NCBI GenBank assembly: GCA_973851085.1
Contig: OZ316775.1
Span: forward strand, 19,034,001 to 19,098,000
DNA: 64,000 nucleotides
DNA from: Ptychomitrium polyphyllum
Lineage: Eukaryota
Direction of reading: 5' to 3'
Under the pieces are notes generated by a model. It was not told where the DNA came from, searched no databases, and saw only the letters and a list, made by a program, of their open reading frames with translations. Positions 9,128 through 22,363 of the stretch are shown here, one piece after another. Both the position numbers and the translations under genes were made by a program. Position 1 is the stretch's first letter. Every line of letters starts with the position of its first letter.

Positions 9128-11683
9128 ATGGAACGATTTAGTATGGATAATGAATTTGAAGAGGGAATTTGGATAGACGACGAATTTTTTGCCCGGAAGC
9201 AGAAGACGAAGAAGCGACAAACGAAAGAGGAGGCGTTGTATGGAGTGGAAGACAGTGATTCCGATTACGAAGACTCAGGGAAAAGACGGCGTCGAGGCGA
9301 TAATAAGAAGAGCGACTTGACGAAGCCAATAGGATTCGTGTCAAAGGGGACAGTCATGCCATCGGAAGAGATTGATAAGGAGGAGAAAGAGAAAGAGGGG
9401 CATGCGAACGGTGTCGGTGCTGGATTAGGGTTTGGAACCGCAGGCCTGGGATCTGCTGCTGGTTTGGGGTTTGGCGCAAAGGGGAGCGGGAAACAGTTCG
9501 AAGAGGTTGAGGAGGTTGAGTTGCTTCCTACAGCGTTTGGGAGGAGAATTAAAGAAGGTGCGGAGCGTAGAGAGATGGAGAGAGAAAAGGGAAAGAAAGC
9601 TGCCACGAAGGCGAAATCATTGGCGAGCGGAGGTCCAGGTTCTGTCGCTGGTTTTGAAGTGCACACTAAAGGGATTGGGATGAAGCTGCTAGAGAAAATG
9701 GGTTACAAAGGTGGTGGTCTGGGTAAAAATGAACAGGGTATTGCGCAGCCAATTGAAGCCAAGCTTCGACCCAAGAATATGGGTATGGGATTTAATGAAT
9801 TTAGGGAAACAATGACTGGGTTGCCTCCTCCTCCTGGGATGCAGCAAACAGACGAAGATGTTGTGGTCGAAAAACCTAAGTCCAAGGAGAAGCTTTGGAT
9901 GAAAAAGAACAAAGGGAAGAAGAAAACAGAGCTTCGCACTGCAGCTGAACTTATAGCGGAGAAAGAGGCACAGAATGGAGGGATTGTTCACCAGACAATT
10001 CTGGATATGCGGGGCCCCCAGCCCAGGGTGTTAACTAATTTGGAGAGTTTGAATGCCGAGCAGACGGCAATTGAAGACAATACTCCGATGCCTGAGTTGC
10101 AGCATAACCTACGCCTGATTCTAGACATGACAGAGGCTGAGGTTCAAACGTGCAATCAAAAGCTACAAAGCGAGAGGGACACGGTGTTGATTCTAAACAA
10201 AGACAGAGAGAGACTGGAAACCGCAGTTAGCGCACAGGAGAAGCAGATTATTATCATGGAAGCTGTGATGACCTCTCTTCAGCAGATTCGGAGACAGGTT
10301 GCGGAGGGAGGAATGAATTTAGAAAATTTAGCCAACGTGTTTGCGAGGATTAAGCATACATATCGAGAAGAGTACAAGTTATTCAGTATTGGCCTCATAG
10401 CCCTTTCATTTGCATTGCCGTTGATGTCTAACTTGTTTAGAGGTTGGCAACCGTTTCTGCAACCGCAACATGGTATCGAGGCTATTGCTGCATGGCAGGA
10501 GCTCCTGCAGGGAAACGAAGCAAATGATCATGCAATATTCCAAGATGTTGATAATTCACCTTATGTTCAGCTAGTCCTTGAGGTCATATTCCCACATATT
10601 CGATTGGCCACTACTAACGTATGGCAACCTCGAGATCCAGAGCCGATACTGAGGTTTCTCGAAGCTTGGGATAAGGTGCTTCCTGGAGGTATTAAACAGA
10701 GTCTTCTTGAAGGACTTGTAATGCCAAAGCTAACTGCTGCTGTAGACGCATGGGATCCCCGGCTTGAAGAAGTACCTATCCATGCATGGCTTCATCCTTG
10801 GCTACCTTGGCTAGGTACGCGAATGGAACCTCTTTATGTTCCTATTCGATACAAGTTGAACGTAGCGCTGGTAAATTGGCATCCGGGGGACTCATCTGCT
10901 CTTGCCCTCCTCTCCCCTTGGAAAACCGTGTTTGATCCTGCCAACTGGGAACTGCTGATTGTGCGATCAATAATGCCCAAGCTTATCCAGGCAATGCAGG
11001 AGTTTGTAATAAATCCTGCCAATCAAATTTTGGATCAGTTTCACTGGGTTATGGCTTGGGTTTCTGCTGTTCCTGTGCATCATATGGTTAATCTTTTGGA
11101 AATACATTTTTTCCCGAAGTGGCACCAGGTTTTACATCACTGGCTCAGTGCTAGTCCTGATTATGACGAGGTTACTGCGTGGTTTGTGGGTTGGAAGTCC
11201 TTGCTTCCGACGGAGCTTTTGGCTAACGAGAAGGTACGACACCAGCTTAGTTTAGCACTAGAATTAATAAATCAAGGTATGGAGGGAACGCCAAGCGTTC
11301 AACCAGCAACACGAGATAAGCTGACATATCTTCGAGCCGCAGAACAGAGATTATATGAATTTTCCCAGCAAGCTCATGGAGCCGCATATGTACAACCGCA
11401 GAAGCAGCATGCACCAACTTATATGGACGAGAATGGATCTGCAGCAGAGATGACTTTGAAAGAAGTGGTAGAAGTGTTTGCCCAAGACAACGATGTCCAT
11501 TTCATGCCTAAACCAGGGCGCACACATGAGGGTCTACAGGTCTACAGCTTTGGTGCAGTCAACGTGGTTGTAGATACTGCGAAAGAGAGTATCTTGGCTC
11601 AGACCGGAGATGGGTGGAATCCGGTCCATCTTGAACAGATCTTGGAGATGCATCGCAGCCGTGGTGGTAGCCGGTGGAAGTAA
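9128..11683 (+). CDS. NTR1: TFIP11/STIP/Ntr1-like spliceosome disassembly factor (G-patch + GCFC domain), intronless CDS, 851 aa
   Basis: N-terminal MERFSMDNEFE...TKEEALYG; G-patch HTKGIGMKLLEKMGYKGGGLGKNEQGIAQPI; PMPELQHNLRL; IHAWLHPWLP; C-terminal FMPKPGRTHEGLQVYSFG. Confidence 0.93.
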   Translation: MERFSMDNEFEEGIWIDDEFFARKQKTKKRQTKEEALYGVEDSDSDYEDSGKRRRRGDNKKSDLTKPIGFVSKGTVMPSEEIDKEEKEKEGHANGVGAGLGFGTAGLGSAAGLGFGAKGSGKQFEEVEEVELLPTAFGRRIKEGAERREMEREKGKKAATKAKSLASGGPGSVAGFEVHTKGIGMKLLEKMGYKGGGLGKNEQGIAQPIEAKLRPKNMGMGFNEFRETMTGLPPPPGMQQTDEDVVVEKPKSKEKLWMKKNKGKKKTELRTAAELIAEKEAQNGGIVHQTILDMRGPQPRVLTNLESLNAEQTAIEDNTPMPELQHNLRLILDMTEAEVQTCNQKLQSERDTVLILNKDRERLETAVSAQEKQIIIMEAVMTSLQQIRRQVAEGGMNLENLANVFARIKHTYREEYKLFSIGLIALSFALPLMSNLFRGWQPFLQPQHGIEAIAAWQELLQGNEANDHAIFQDVDNSPYVQLVLEVIFPHIRLATTNVWQPRDPEPILRFLEAWDKVLPGGIKQSLLEGLVMPKLTAAVDAWDPRLEEVPIHAWLHPWLPWLGTRMEPLYVPIRYKLNVALVNWHPGDSSALALLSPWKTVFDPANWELLIVRSIMPKLIQAMQEFVINPANQILDQFHWVMAWVSAVPVHHMVNLLEIHFFPKWHQVLHHWLSASPDYDEVTAWFVGWKSLLPTELLANEKVRHQLSLALELINQGMEGTPSVQPATRDKLTYLRAAEQRLYEFSQQAHGAAYVQPQKQHAPTYMDENGSAAEMTLKEVVEVFAQDNDVHFMPKPGRTHEGLQVYSFGAVNVVVDTAKESILAQTGDGWNPVHLEQILEMHRSRGGSRWK

Positions 11684-14600
11684 TAGGTGAAGCTCCTGTT
11701 GCAATAAAGTCGTGTGAACATATGCTGTGTGTTTACCCATTTGTAGAAAACATGTATAGTACAGCTTTACTTATCATAGTTTCTGAGGTTATTTAAAGGG
11801 GTCTACATGCATATCAAGGTTTTTGTGTCTTTTATGAACGGTCTTTATGCCCATGGTACTGCCCAGCTGTATTTAAATTTTTCTTCCAGTATTGATGCTC
11901 TCCCATCGTTCAGGTTGAATAGATCTGGAAGCTGCAACTCGAAACAGGTTACAAGAATTTGGAACTCACATAGACGGTCCACCGTCGTGGGAAATATTAT
12001 AACTTCATCCTTGGTTGGCGTCTGAGGACAAGGACAACCTCATCCACAGTTCGCACTCTTTTTTATCTGCTTGGCTGATACCAGCATGCAAACGTGACCG
12101 GTATGTGTACATGGTATTTTGGTAGTAATGCTAGTAGTTTTTCACTTTTGGCAATTGCAATTTTTGTGGAAATGGTAGCATATCTAAGAATGAGGCACGG
12201 CCGGATTATCTTGTTTCTGTATTTTGTCTTTCTGCCTTTTGACTTTGTCGTCGTGTCCATCCGCCGTCAAGGTAGTAGGTTTGCTTCCATAAATTAAGGT
12301 CACACGTTGTGCATTGGGATGTTGATCGGTAGATTCGGTTTTTACTGCATTATTGAAGATCAATGTATTTCTCTAATCTGTGAGTGTCACTTTGAACTTT
12401 ATATAACGTGACAACTTTTGTGCCATTGCAGGCTGTTATCAGGGAGCTTTTTGATTAGATCCCAAACTAAAGTTCGGTGAATCTTCTCGATCACAAGGAT
12501 GATTCTCTTTGTTATCAGACTAATGGGATTCGCATGCAGTAGCAGAGGCGTAGATCGAGCTATGTTGAGTTCAGGCTTTGTGATGGCCTAGTTGAGTGGA
12601 AGAAATTCATCGATTAAGAGGAGCCTCTCAGACGTTGGGTCAGATTGCTGTCAAATTTCTCCAGGCGGAGTTATGTACCTACATGTATTCCATAACTATG
12701 TTGGTGAACATGCCTTCAGAATAAACGCTACCATTTGAGTAAAGTAATGTGAAACTTGATATTGTAACTTAACGTGTTTTGGTCACACGTTGTAAACTAG
12801 ACTTTGCCAACTGAGCATTGTTAAGATGTATTTTAGTTCCACTTCTAAGATTTCAAGGGGAACTGCTATCCTCCATACTTTTAGTGCAGGTCTAGATTTT
12901 CTTGGAAGACCTGGCACGTCGTCTGTCCATGTGTGACAGTATATGCTGCGTTTGTTACTGGATGTTTATTCTTTGGGCAAATTTTGTTTACAGAGGATTT
13001 GTTTTAAACTACAAAGGTTTCATCAACAAAGTTGATGGCTCTGTTTGGCATATGTCTTCAGAAGCCGAGCTTGTGTTGTGTACTTCAAAATCGGTTTGAT
13101 ATCACCCTAAGTTGGTCAAACCCAAACTCAACCATTGTGCATAGCATAGCAGCTTGCAAATACTTGCAAAAGTTGGCTGGCTCTTAGGTTTCAATTTGCA
13201 ACGTCCTCTGATGCAGAATGCAAAATAACCAGGATAATCTGCAGGCAGATTGGGTCTCCAGCCTTTTTATATCTTTTCATTTAATGTACTTTTTCTCTCA
13301 TATGGTTAATTACCACTGAATATCTCAGCACATGTAATTCCAAAACTCTCTACACTATTTCCAATCGCTGCCAAATACCTCGAGTGCTCAACATGTCGGC
13401 CTGTACGGGTACATCATGTACTGTATAGTGTTGATATGCCCTGTCTGTTGCTTTTGAAAGCACATCACGGATGGCCCCATCTACTTTTGGTGACACCAGA
13501 AACAACTGGTTCACCTTCACTTGGAGACTCCAATGTACCCCTTGCATAAAAAATATTCCTAGGGTCTTTTTCCTTCAACGGATTGGTGGGTGGACCTGAC
13601 TTAATATTCCAATTCGTCTTTTCATGTGGCCCTAGTGAATGGAGTTTGCAGTAATTAAAGGCTTTGTTTCTGCCTGTCAAGGTCCTAATTCTGAACCTCA
13701 TTCTCCTTGCCACTAATAGAAGAGGCTAGGAGGTTCTAGTAAAACTCATAGTTCCCAATTTCTGATCACCTCCTCAATCAAAATGAAAGTTTAAGCAAAT
13801 AAGAAGTGTACATGAAACATGTATTAGCATTCATAATACACTAATTATTCCTATAATTTGATTTTATAGAAAGATAATCTAAAAGACCTATTGTTACCAA
13901 CCTATTGGATGTTATACATAGTACTACCATACTTCTTCGATGAATTTTCCCCTATCAATACTACTCGACATCTTTCAATAATAACTATTAGATGATAGTA
14001 CTAGTCTATTAGTTCAAACAACGGATGTAGATCCATTATTATAGGATCTGAAAAATATTATTTAAACCCTCAACCAAGAAAATTGATGATGCAATATATC
14101 TTATTTTCTATTAATCAAGTTGTATTCTTCAAACTAATGGAGTATAAATCGACTATATCTTAGTATATCATAACTCTTTTGTATGTTCTTTTATTGTGAA
14201 AAGTTTTCAGATATTTTCATATCTTAGTTTTTTGAGCTACCATTACTCTTCTATTTGGTAGTTATCAACTATAGACTTGTCCAAGTATCCTTTCATTGTA
14301 AATTATCATAAGTCAGAAACTACTAATCTTTTGTTATTTGGTAATTACGCACCATAATACCTACTTTACAAAAGTTTGACTTTAAAAAGTTTGCCATGTG
14401 AATCTAAAACAATATTTGGAATTAATTGAAAAAGAATAAGCATGGTTGAATAGCACATCTAGCTAAAACAATTTTTTTACAATTCATTTTCAATTTGATT
14501 AAAGTCTATGGATAAGAGAAAAGTTCTTTAGATGAAGAGTGCTTCACGTTATAATTTGTTCAATGCAAATGCTTGTCACCATCCAAACTTAGCCAATATA

Positions 14601-14899
14601 AGTCTTTGTCTTCATAAATGAGAACATTCCCCAACTCATCTTGTTTAATACACTTGGAGACTTGAAGATCTTCTTTACTCTTTCACTTTTTAACAATACT
14701 TTGTTAAGAAAAATACCTCCCAAACTTGACAATTGTACCAACCTTCTTGAAGCTTGGCTTTGATAACATGTTGTCTCACATAGAAATCTCAAAAACTTAA
14801 ATAGCCTGGATCAAATCTTCCATTTACTCATTTTACTATCTAATAGATTAATGCTTACAGAAACAACTTCAACACAGCATCCAAATAAATCAAAATCTA

Positions 14900-16396
14900 T
14901 GCATCCAAATAACTTGAAATCTCTGTATTTTGGATTTGTCCACGAACAGTTTCACTTGTGAGATCCCAATAGCCTGCTCCATGTGCAAATTTAAATCTCA
15001 TGTAACCTTAAGCCACAATTCTTTCACAGGAGCTGTTCCTCTTATCCTTGCAAGCCTTCAAGGCTACAGATCCTGCTTGTGCACGGCAACAATCTCATGA
15101 GGATTGATCCAAGCTTATGACTGAGGTTTGAAAGCTGATGACCTCTCGTCTCTGTCAACATTTCATACAACCATCTGACAGGCTTGTTGCCTCCCGCATG
15201 GGTGAAGCTCGTCCAGGCAAATCCAGGTTCTTTTATTGGCAAACCCGGTTTTATGTCCACGGCCTTGGTGCATACGAGCTTTTGAGGTGAGGTAAGATGA
15301 GATAGAGACGTTGGAAATGTGAAGCACAAAAACCTGGTGAGGTTGATGGGAATCGTAAAGGTCAGAGAGGTTAGATTCCTATTGTACGATTATATCTCCA
15401 ATCTCCATTCTGCCCTACACAACAGGAAGGCGCAAGCATGTAACGTGAACTTGACATGGAAGGCAAGGCTTCGTACTGCAGTAAGTGCGGCTCACGGACT
15501 AGCGTATCTTCACCATGATTATAATCCTCCTATTTTTTACCGACACATCAAATCCAGCAATGTACTTTGGGACAACAAATTAGGGGCCAATGTCTCGGAT
15601 TTTGGTCTCGCAAAAGTATTGTTGGTCAGTACCAGGCAACCAAAATCCCAAGAGCAACGGCTATCACTCCCAATGTCTCAGGAACATATGGCTTCGTTGC
15701 TCCAGATTCGTTCTCATTGAGGTTACACCTTCATCCTTTATTGATGTCCTGATTGTGGTTTAAAGGATGGCACTGGTGTTGTAACAGATATCTCCCTTTG
15801 CTTACACAGTAGATTTTTCTATGGTGAAAATTGGTGGAACCCGGCTGTAAAAGTGTGGGAAAGTGAGCTTCTTATGCTTGGATGGAGTGATGCTTCTTGC
15901 GACTTAGCATAGACGTTACTTTGGGACTAACGTAGTGTGGATCCGATGTGTTCTTTTTTGTCACAAAGGTAGGTACGGGACACTAGTGACGCCAAAGTTG
16001 GACGTGTACTCTTACGGTAAGGAGCTCTTAACTAGAAGAAAACCAGTTGATGTACGCCATGGGGAGACCTGGCATGTGGTTGCCTGGGTGAAAGGAAGCA
16101 AATCACGACAAAGGGAGTGAATTAGTACTTGACCCATCGCTTCTAGATTCACAAATTTGGCTGGTAAAGACGAGATGCTCTTTATGCAAAGAATTGTCCT
16201 GCTCTGCACAAGGAAGAATCCAAGAGATACGCCAACAATGAGAGATGTTGCTGAACTGTTGAAGTGTCGCTCACAGAGAAAGGAAGCGAGGAACAAGAAT
16301 GGGGACAATCATGAAGGGAAGAATCTTCGTCTCAACAAAATGAAAATGGCATTCCACTATTTGAAGTTTCAACTAAACTTCAGGAATGCGTTGTAA
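14900..16396 (+). pseudogene. Degenerate LRR receptor-like kinase
   Basis: Broken LRR remnants at ~14950-15200, then kinase motifs HKNLVRLMG, AHGLAYLHHD, HIKSSNVL, DFGLAK, SGTYGFVAP, KLDVYSYG and PTMRDV spread over different frames with stops; catalytic HRD altered and subdomains missing. Confidence 0.8.
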
Positions 16397-16917
16397 TGGT
16401 CTTCTAAATAGCACTACTTCCTAGACAATCAATTTCTTCGCCAAATCTATAGTAGTGAAACTTCTTAAACTGTTGGATTGAACGCAACCGTACTGTAGCA
16501 ATCACAAAAAGACCTCCTCCTCTTGAGGACTGCTAATGGACACATAACAATCTCATGTACATGTAGACCTTTATAGGCAAGATACGTCGCACTGGATAAA
16601 GTCACAAATGCCGGAAGGTGAAGGTCAAAAATATTTGAAATAGACCGTGATAAGGATTCTTCATCTGATTCCATATACTCTTTGCATACCGGCGCTTCCA
16701 CGCAAATAGACAATTAACTCAGTGAGCTTTCAAAAACCATGAATGCAAGGAGAGAGAAAAAGCCGTATTGAAATACCTCAAGGGACTGACTTGACGTGAC
16801 ATTTCTGTCCTCGTAGCCATCAGTTTAGTAGGCTCCTGTTCAGTTTCTAATCTGCTTGCAGAGCATCCTGGCATCCACGAATTCTAGTAAACTACCAAGA
16901 CGCATTAAGAACAAGAA

Positions 16918-19080
16918 TCATTGCTTCTTCGCTGTTTGAACTTTCACGTTGACGGGTTTGTCAAGAACCTCAACTGCCACCGTCTCCCAAGTAGTTGTAA
17001 TTGTTGGCAACTCTGTGAGGCTTTCTACCAGCGGCATGTCGCCCTCCACTACAGTTGCGAAGACCGTGTGCTTACGAGGCCACTCGTGATGGTCTGCTAA
17101 GCTGATGAAAAAGTCAGGTCCTCCATCCACCCAGCCTACCATACCTCTTCTTATGGCAGGCGCAAATTCTTTGGGAATTTTCTTGAAAGAAACGTGCTGA
17201 GCCTCTAGTGTGCCTTGCAACACCGCGTACGGTGGACCGGTGCTCATCTATAAAAGAAGCGCATGTCATTAGTCTATCTCTTGACTCAACACTTACAATT
17301 CCTCAATATAGAACGAAGAGAAAAAAAACTTCCAGCAAGCTCAATATAGGTTGTTTACCTCGGAGATATGGCTACCGTTAGAGTCCCACATATTACCACG
17401 TCCTTCCGCACGATAAAAGCGACAACCCGAGCAATGGGTCAACTTAGCAAGTTCCAGTATACGCAACACTGACTGTGGTGAACAGTCAGGTAGCAACTGC
17501 ATTCATTTTCCAATACGCCAACTCAAATTAGTTAGAGAAAGAGACATAAATTTAGACGCGAGTCGGAATGAAGGAATCCAATACGTCATCACGTGAACAT
17601 GAACACTTTTTTCTCAATGAATGATGCGAAGAATAATGAATCATTTACATTAAATGAGTGCTCTAAAGAAGTTTAAATAAGCATCAATCGATTTGCGCAG
17701 TTCCATATTAATAAGTCGAGACAAATGGGTAACTAGGGCACCACGTATGGATACACTCTCAATTTTTGAAGATACACACCAAGCTTTGCAGGAAGACGAT
17801 GAGGTCTCACCTTCATATGTATGACCTCTCCACTCATCGTGCCACTGTTGATTTCGAGCCCCAATGTTCCCTGGTACAGAGACAAGATCATCTCAACACT
17901 ACATCATACACTTTTAAAGGACTGGTCATTACCTCATGCAGCTATATCGAGTGCAATAGAGAGAGCAAAACCATGCGACCTCAATGATGTCTGTCCTGAA
18001 CATCTTTCTAACAGAAAATTCAGCAATCTAATATGTTTGATGATGATTGGTAGGTCCAAGATGCCTGATCTCAAGCTCCCAGATTTACCAGAATTTAACT
18101 TAATGCGTGCTATGGATGTATTCAAAGGTGCTATGAAAAACAGAGCAGCTGAGAGAGGTGAGGGTGTCGTACAACATCTTTGTCAAACACTAAACCAGAG
18201 GTCCAAGCATTAGATGGGCCGGAGTCATGAATTTCGGGATCAAGAGGATCCTTCTGTCTCTTCAACCAGCACTGCCAGATCAGCAGAAAGCCAACAAGTT
18301 GTATTTCGTTAGTCTCTGAAAGAAAGGAACCACACCTTGGAAAAGAAGCTAGAAGTTTAGCACTAAGATCCCATAAAATCAATGAGCATGTCTGCTTGCG
18401 TCATTCCAGACTTCGAGACAGGAGGTGCACAATTTTGCTTAGTTTAAATAAGATGGATTGCGATGGTTGCAATGTTTGGTTATGTGAAGAAATAAAAACC
18501 GTGTGCAGGTGCACTGACCACCAGAATGACTACACTTATAGGTTAACAGTGAATAGGTGGCTGAAGAATATTCGGGACCTAAAATGTCAACATGACATTA
18601 TTGTAAAGAAAGGCCAACATCCCAATGTTTGCAACATCAAACTCCCAAAAAACATACTGCTACTTTGAATTAGCAGACCTAGAAGAGCTACAAATTCCAC
18701 ACAACTGCCGTAACAAAAACTACCTGACGATAATTACTTCCACAATTCTCTTGATTACCGCAATACACCCACGAATTGCACTTTAAATTTGCTTTACAAG
18801 CATCGCAACACTCTTGCGTTGAATCGACAAGAAAATCGCTACCCCAATTCACTGCTTCGCTCCACAGCTCCGTGTGCTCAAAACCCCTGCAGCACCCAGT
18901 TCCATCTTCATGCACAGAGCTCTGAGCTACATACGCTCCAAGTGCCTGTGAAGAAGAATGGGAGGAATCATGGAGAAGAGGGGATATGCATAGATAGGCC
19001 ACTACACAAGTGCAGGTCACAGTGACCAGAATGAAAAAGGATCGCCATCGACTTCCACCCTCATGCAGCCGCTTCGCCAT
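16918..19080 (-). CDS. Membrane-anchored PAN/apple + cyclophilin-like domain protein; exons 19080-18724, 18271-18173, 17870-17811, 17496-17359, 17247-16918
   Basis: N-terminal TM segment; PAN-like Cys pattern ECCDACKANLKCNSWVYC...CWLK; C-terminal cyclophilin-like LLPDCSPQSV...FYRAEGRG...RRGMVGWVDGGPDFFISLADHHEW...HTVFATV; all four GT-AG introns are phase 0. Confidence 0.85.
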
Positions 19081-21723
19081 GGCATCAACTTCTGATGCTT
19101 ACGAGCAACCGGAGGTATTAAATTCAATTTTGCCCAAGCTGTGTGCCCTGTTATCTCCCCTGTTCCAGACTGTTACAAAAAAAAGGCTCATAGAATTCAC
19201 AAGCTACTGATGCTCGTTACATCCACAACAAAGCATTAAAATTTCCAGGGTGCGTTTCAAAGCTTGAGAAGAGAAATTCCGAGTAACGATAGAACGCATT
19301 CTCAAATTCGCTCCACAAGAACCCATCTGCTACGCCTCCATTCTTACAGTGATTTGTCACAGTCCGGTTGCATGCGTAGAATCATCCTCAAATCCGTTCC
19401 ATCAGCTAAACCCAACTACGAAACTCTCTTTCGCAATCCTTGCATGATCTCGCTCCTGTAAAATGTCCGATCGAGAATAAGCACTAGGTCGGTATCGACA
19501 AGTAATCTGAAACTACCTGAATTGAAAGGCAAGATCGTAGTGCCTAAAACCTGAAATTCAGACAGAAGATAATCCACACAGAGGGATGGGTAACCCATTC
19601 CTGAAAAGAGAGAGAGAAAACAAGGACACAGAGAGACGGAAGCGAGGGGAATATCGTAATACAGTTACTGGGAGAGAAAAGAGGATGGAAACTCACGGTC
19701 ACAAAACCGCACCACTGCGCATCCTCAACACACACAACGGCAATCAAACAACCAAAACACCATGATAATTCGATACTCCTAAAAGCCACTCCAGTGTTTA
19801 CCGACAAAACGGCTCGAAAGCACACAAATCGGCTCCAAATGTCCTCAACAGGGATTCTCTGCAACAGTCTCTTCAACCACAACCACAGCCTTCTTCCTGG
19901 GAAAACCAAAGAAAAGAAACGACGAGAACACGTGAGCACGACGTGCAAAACTCGATCGCCCCCAGCATCCTCACAACACGAAAAATCAACCCATCCTCGC
20001 AAAACCTGCGCAATCCTGCTCACAACGTACCACAAAGAATGGCGCCGCCACACACAACAGACGAAGAAACGTCGACTGACCGTGTAAATTTAAGTTCCGG
20101 ATTCAAGAAACAGGAAACTCGACACGAACGCATTCGCCCAAGCGCTTCTAAATGGGAGCCTAAAAGCGCATGTGGTGATGGTTACGGTGAAAGATGGCAG
20201 GAAATCGCCGAGCTTGCTCCTCACGCGATCAAGTTGACCCTTTCCTTTCCAACTGATTCTTCTTTTATTCCCAGCGAGGAATCGGTTGTAGCGTCAAAGC
20301 AACCCACGAGTGGACAACCGAAGGTGCTCGTACGTCGTGAAGAGGCCACTGATGGGATCACGTTGACTATGGTAACACTCGCAATCTCTTGAAGGCTGAC
20401 ATGCCCTGCGGCGTTCTGAGCGTGCTCTACTGGACTACGAAAATATTATAATAATTGGACGACGCCGTTTGTATGTACAGAGTACACCTAGTTCTCAGGC
20501 GCACCAGAAGTTCATATTTTGCGCGCTGATACTCTGTTCCACGAAAACCTTAACGAACTTCGATTGCGTGTTTTCATTCCTCAGCTCACCTGGACAGCCA
20601 GAATTTGCATTCTCATCGTTTCACGAACTCAGCCTTAAAATCTTGCTGCATAATCTGCACCCACTTTCGTATTGGCGAGCTCTATTTTGAAAGCCATCAG
20701 CGCTCTGCAAGTAAGATTCTGACAGTACTGAGGCTGCTCATTAGGTCTTAACTTTCTGATTTCAATGTAGCGGTTTTATATGGGCAGAAAGACTGTCACC
20801 TCGTCGTCCATCCGATGTACTTCCGTTCACGTCTGTGATTTTCTTTTCAGTCATTGCATGCCGCGACGGGCGGCAGTATCATTCAATAGATCAGCGCACG
20901 GCGTTTCGATCTAGTGCATACTGAAAGCGTCCACTGTTGTTCCTCCTAGGAAGCATCAACTGACGTCGTCTCTACATAATCTCGTCTGCATGTACCTACC
21001 GAAAAGTCGTATCTCGTGCCTTGTTGTCTGTATCCAAGTAGCGAGACATGTAGGAGAGACTGGAACTGATTATAATCCGAACCAAGCTTTTTAGCTTGAA
21101 GAGTTCACGTCACCCACTGTTTAATCAATCGCCTCTCTAATACGATCCGTGCAAGCTACTGCATATCCTTGAGAACCTACAATGGCTTTGAGCTTCTCTC
21201 TGGCTATAATTTAGATGTGCTCGAGATCTGCACAGCAGAGCTATGTCACTAAATTCTTTTAAACTGAACAGTTCTGCCACAAGAGTCCAAGCTCGTTGGT
21301 CAAGTGACTCGAGTGTTCCAGGTCATTGTGCATGACCATTTAGCAGATACGTATATGTTGGTCTCTCCTGTTGTTCCTACCATTCAAAGTTCGCAAGTTA
21401 ATCATTTGTAAAACAATGCTGGCCCTTGGAACACGCAATCCAATCAGATGAGCGTGTTCTCAAAGCACTGTTCCCACATTCATACATCATCCAATAGCTT
21501 CAGAATGATTCTCCATTCCATTTCAGTAAATATATAGTGATACTATATTGGTACTGTTTAATATCAAGAAGCCATAACAAACGAAGGTAGAGCATTCACA
21601 AGCACTGAGGGCATACACATATGTTGCAGCTTTCAAAATAGGATGGACTAAGCCATGACATAGGCTTACATTAACAGCAAACGCTGATCGTAAACCTTCA
21701 CCTCATGTCCACATCCGAGCTGC

Positions 21724-21820
21724 TGCAGAAGCAAGGTTGCATGGGTGAGGCGGCAGAGACTTTTCCATGGCATAGATTGCATGAAATTGTCTATGCCGCC
21801 TCATCCATGCTTTTGCTGCA
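21724..21820 (+). ncRNA. Candidate miRNA-like hairpin precursor
   Basis: 21739-21760 GCATGGGTGAGGCGGCAGAGAC pairs with 21789-21810 GTCTATGCCGCCTCATCCATGC (1 G:U, 1 mismatch), with additional inner and outer pairing. Confidence 0.5.
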
Positions 21821-22363
21821 TAACCTCATATTCCTAACCCCCTCAAGCGATAATTATTGTTCCTGCAACACATAAAGGCCCGACAAAGCCCTATAAGAAT
21901 GCAATGTAGACACTCAAGAACACAGGAAAAAAGAGGAAAATCCTGTGGGTCATAAATAGAAGAAACTTGCATACCTAAGATAAGGCAAAGGCCATCTCAG
22001 ATGATACAAAATGCGGCACACATGAAAAACACCGCAGACTAAACAATGAGAACTTTATCACGAGAAGCATACCGGCAACTGGTGAAACAACGTATGAAAA
22101 TTGCTGAAGTCACACTCTTAAAATTAACCCTCCCGCAATGCGATGCAGATTACGTGCAATAAGAATCGATAGGAGGAGAAAAAGGAGCACACATGAAACT
22201 TCTACTTACCCAAAAGAGAAGCCTGCGGAACTCAAGCTTGGCAGTGAGCTCCGCGGTTTTGACGTGGAATTGACGTAACGGGAAGTCAGGTCAGGTAATA
22301 TATCCCTGTCTTTCATGTAATTCGGCTATTCAATGATCTAACTCACAGTCAGTGATGCTCGAC

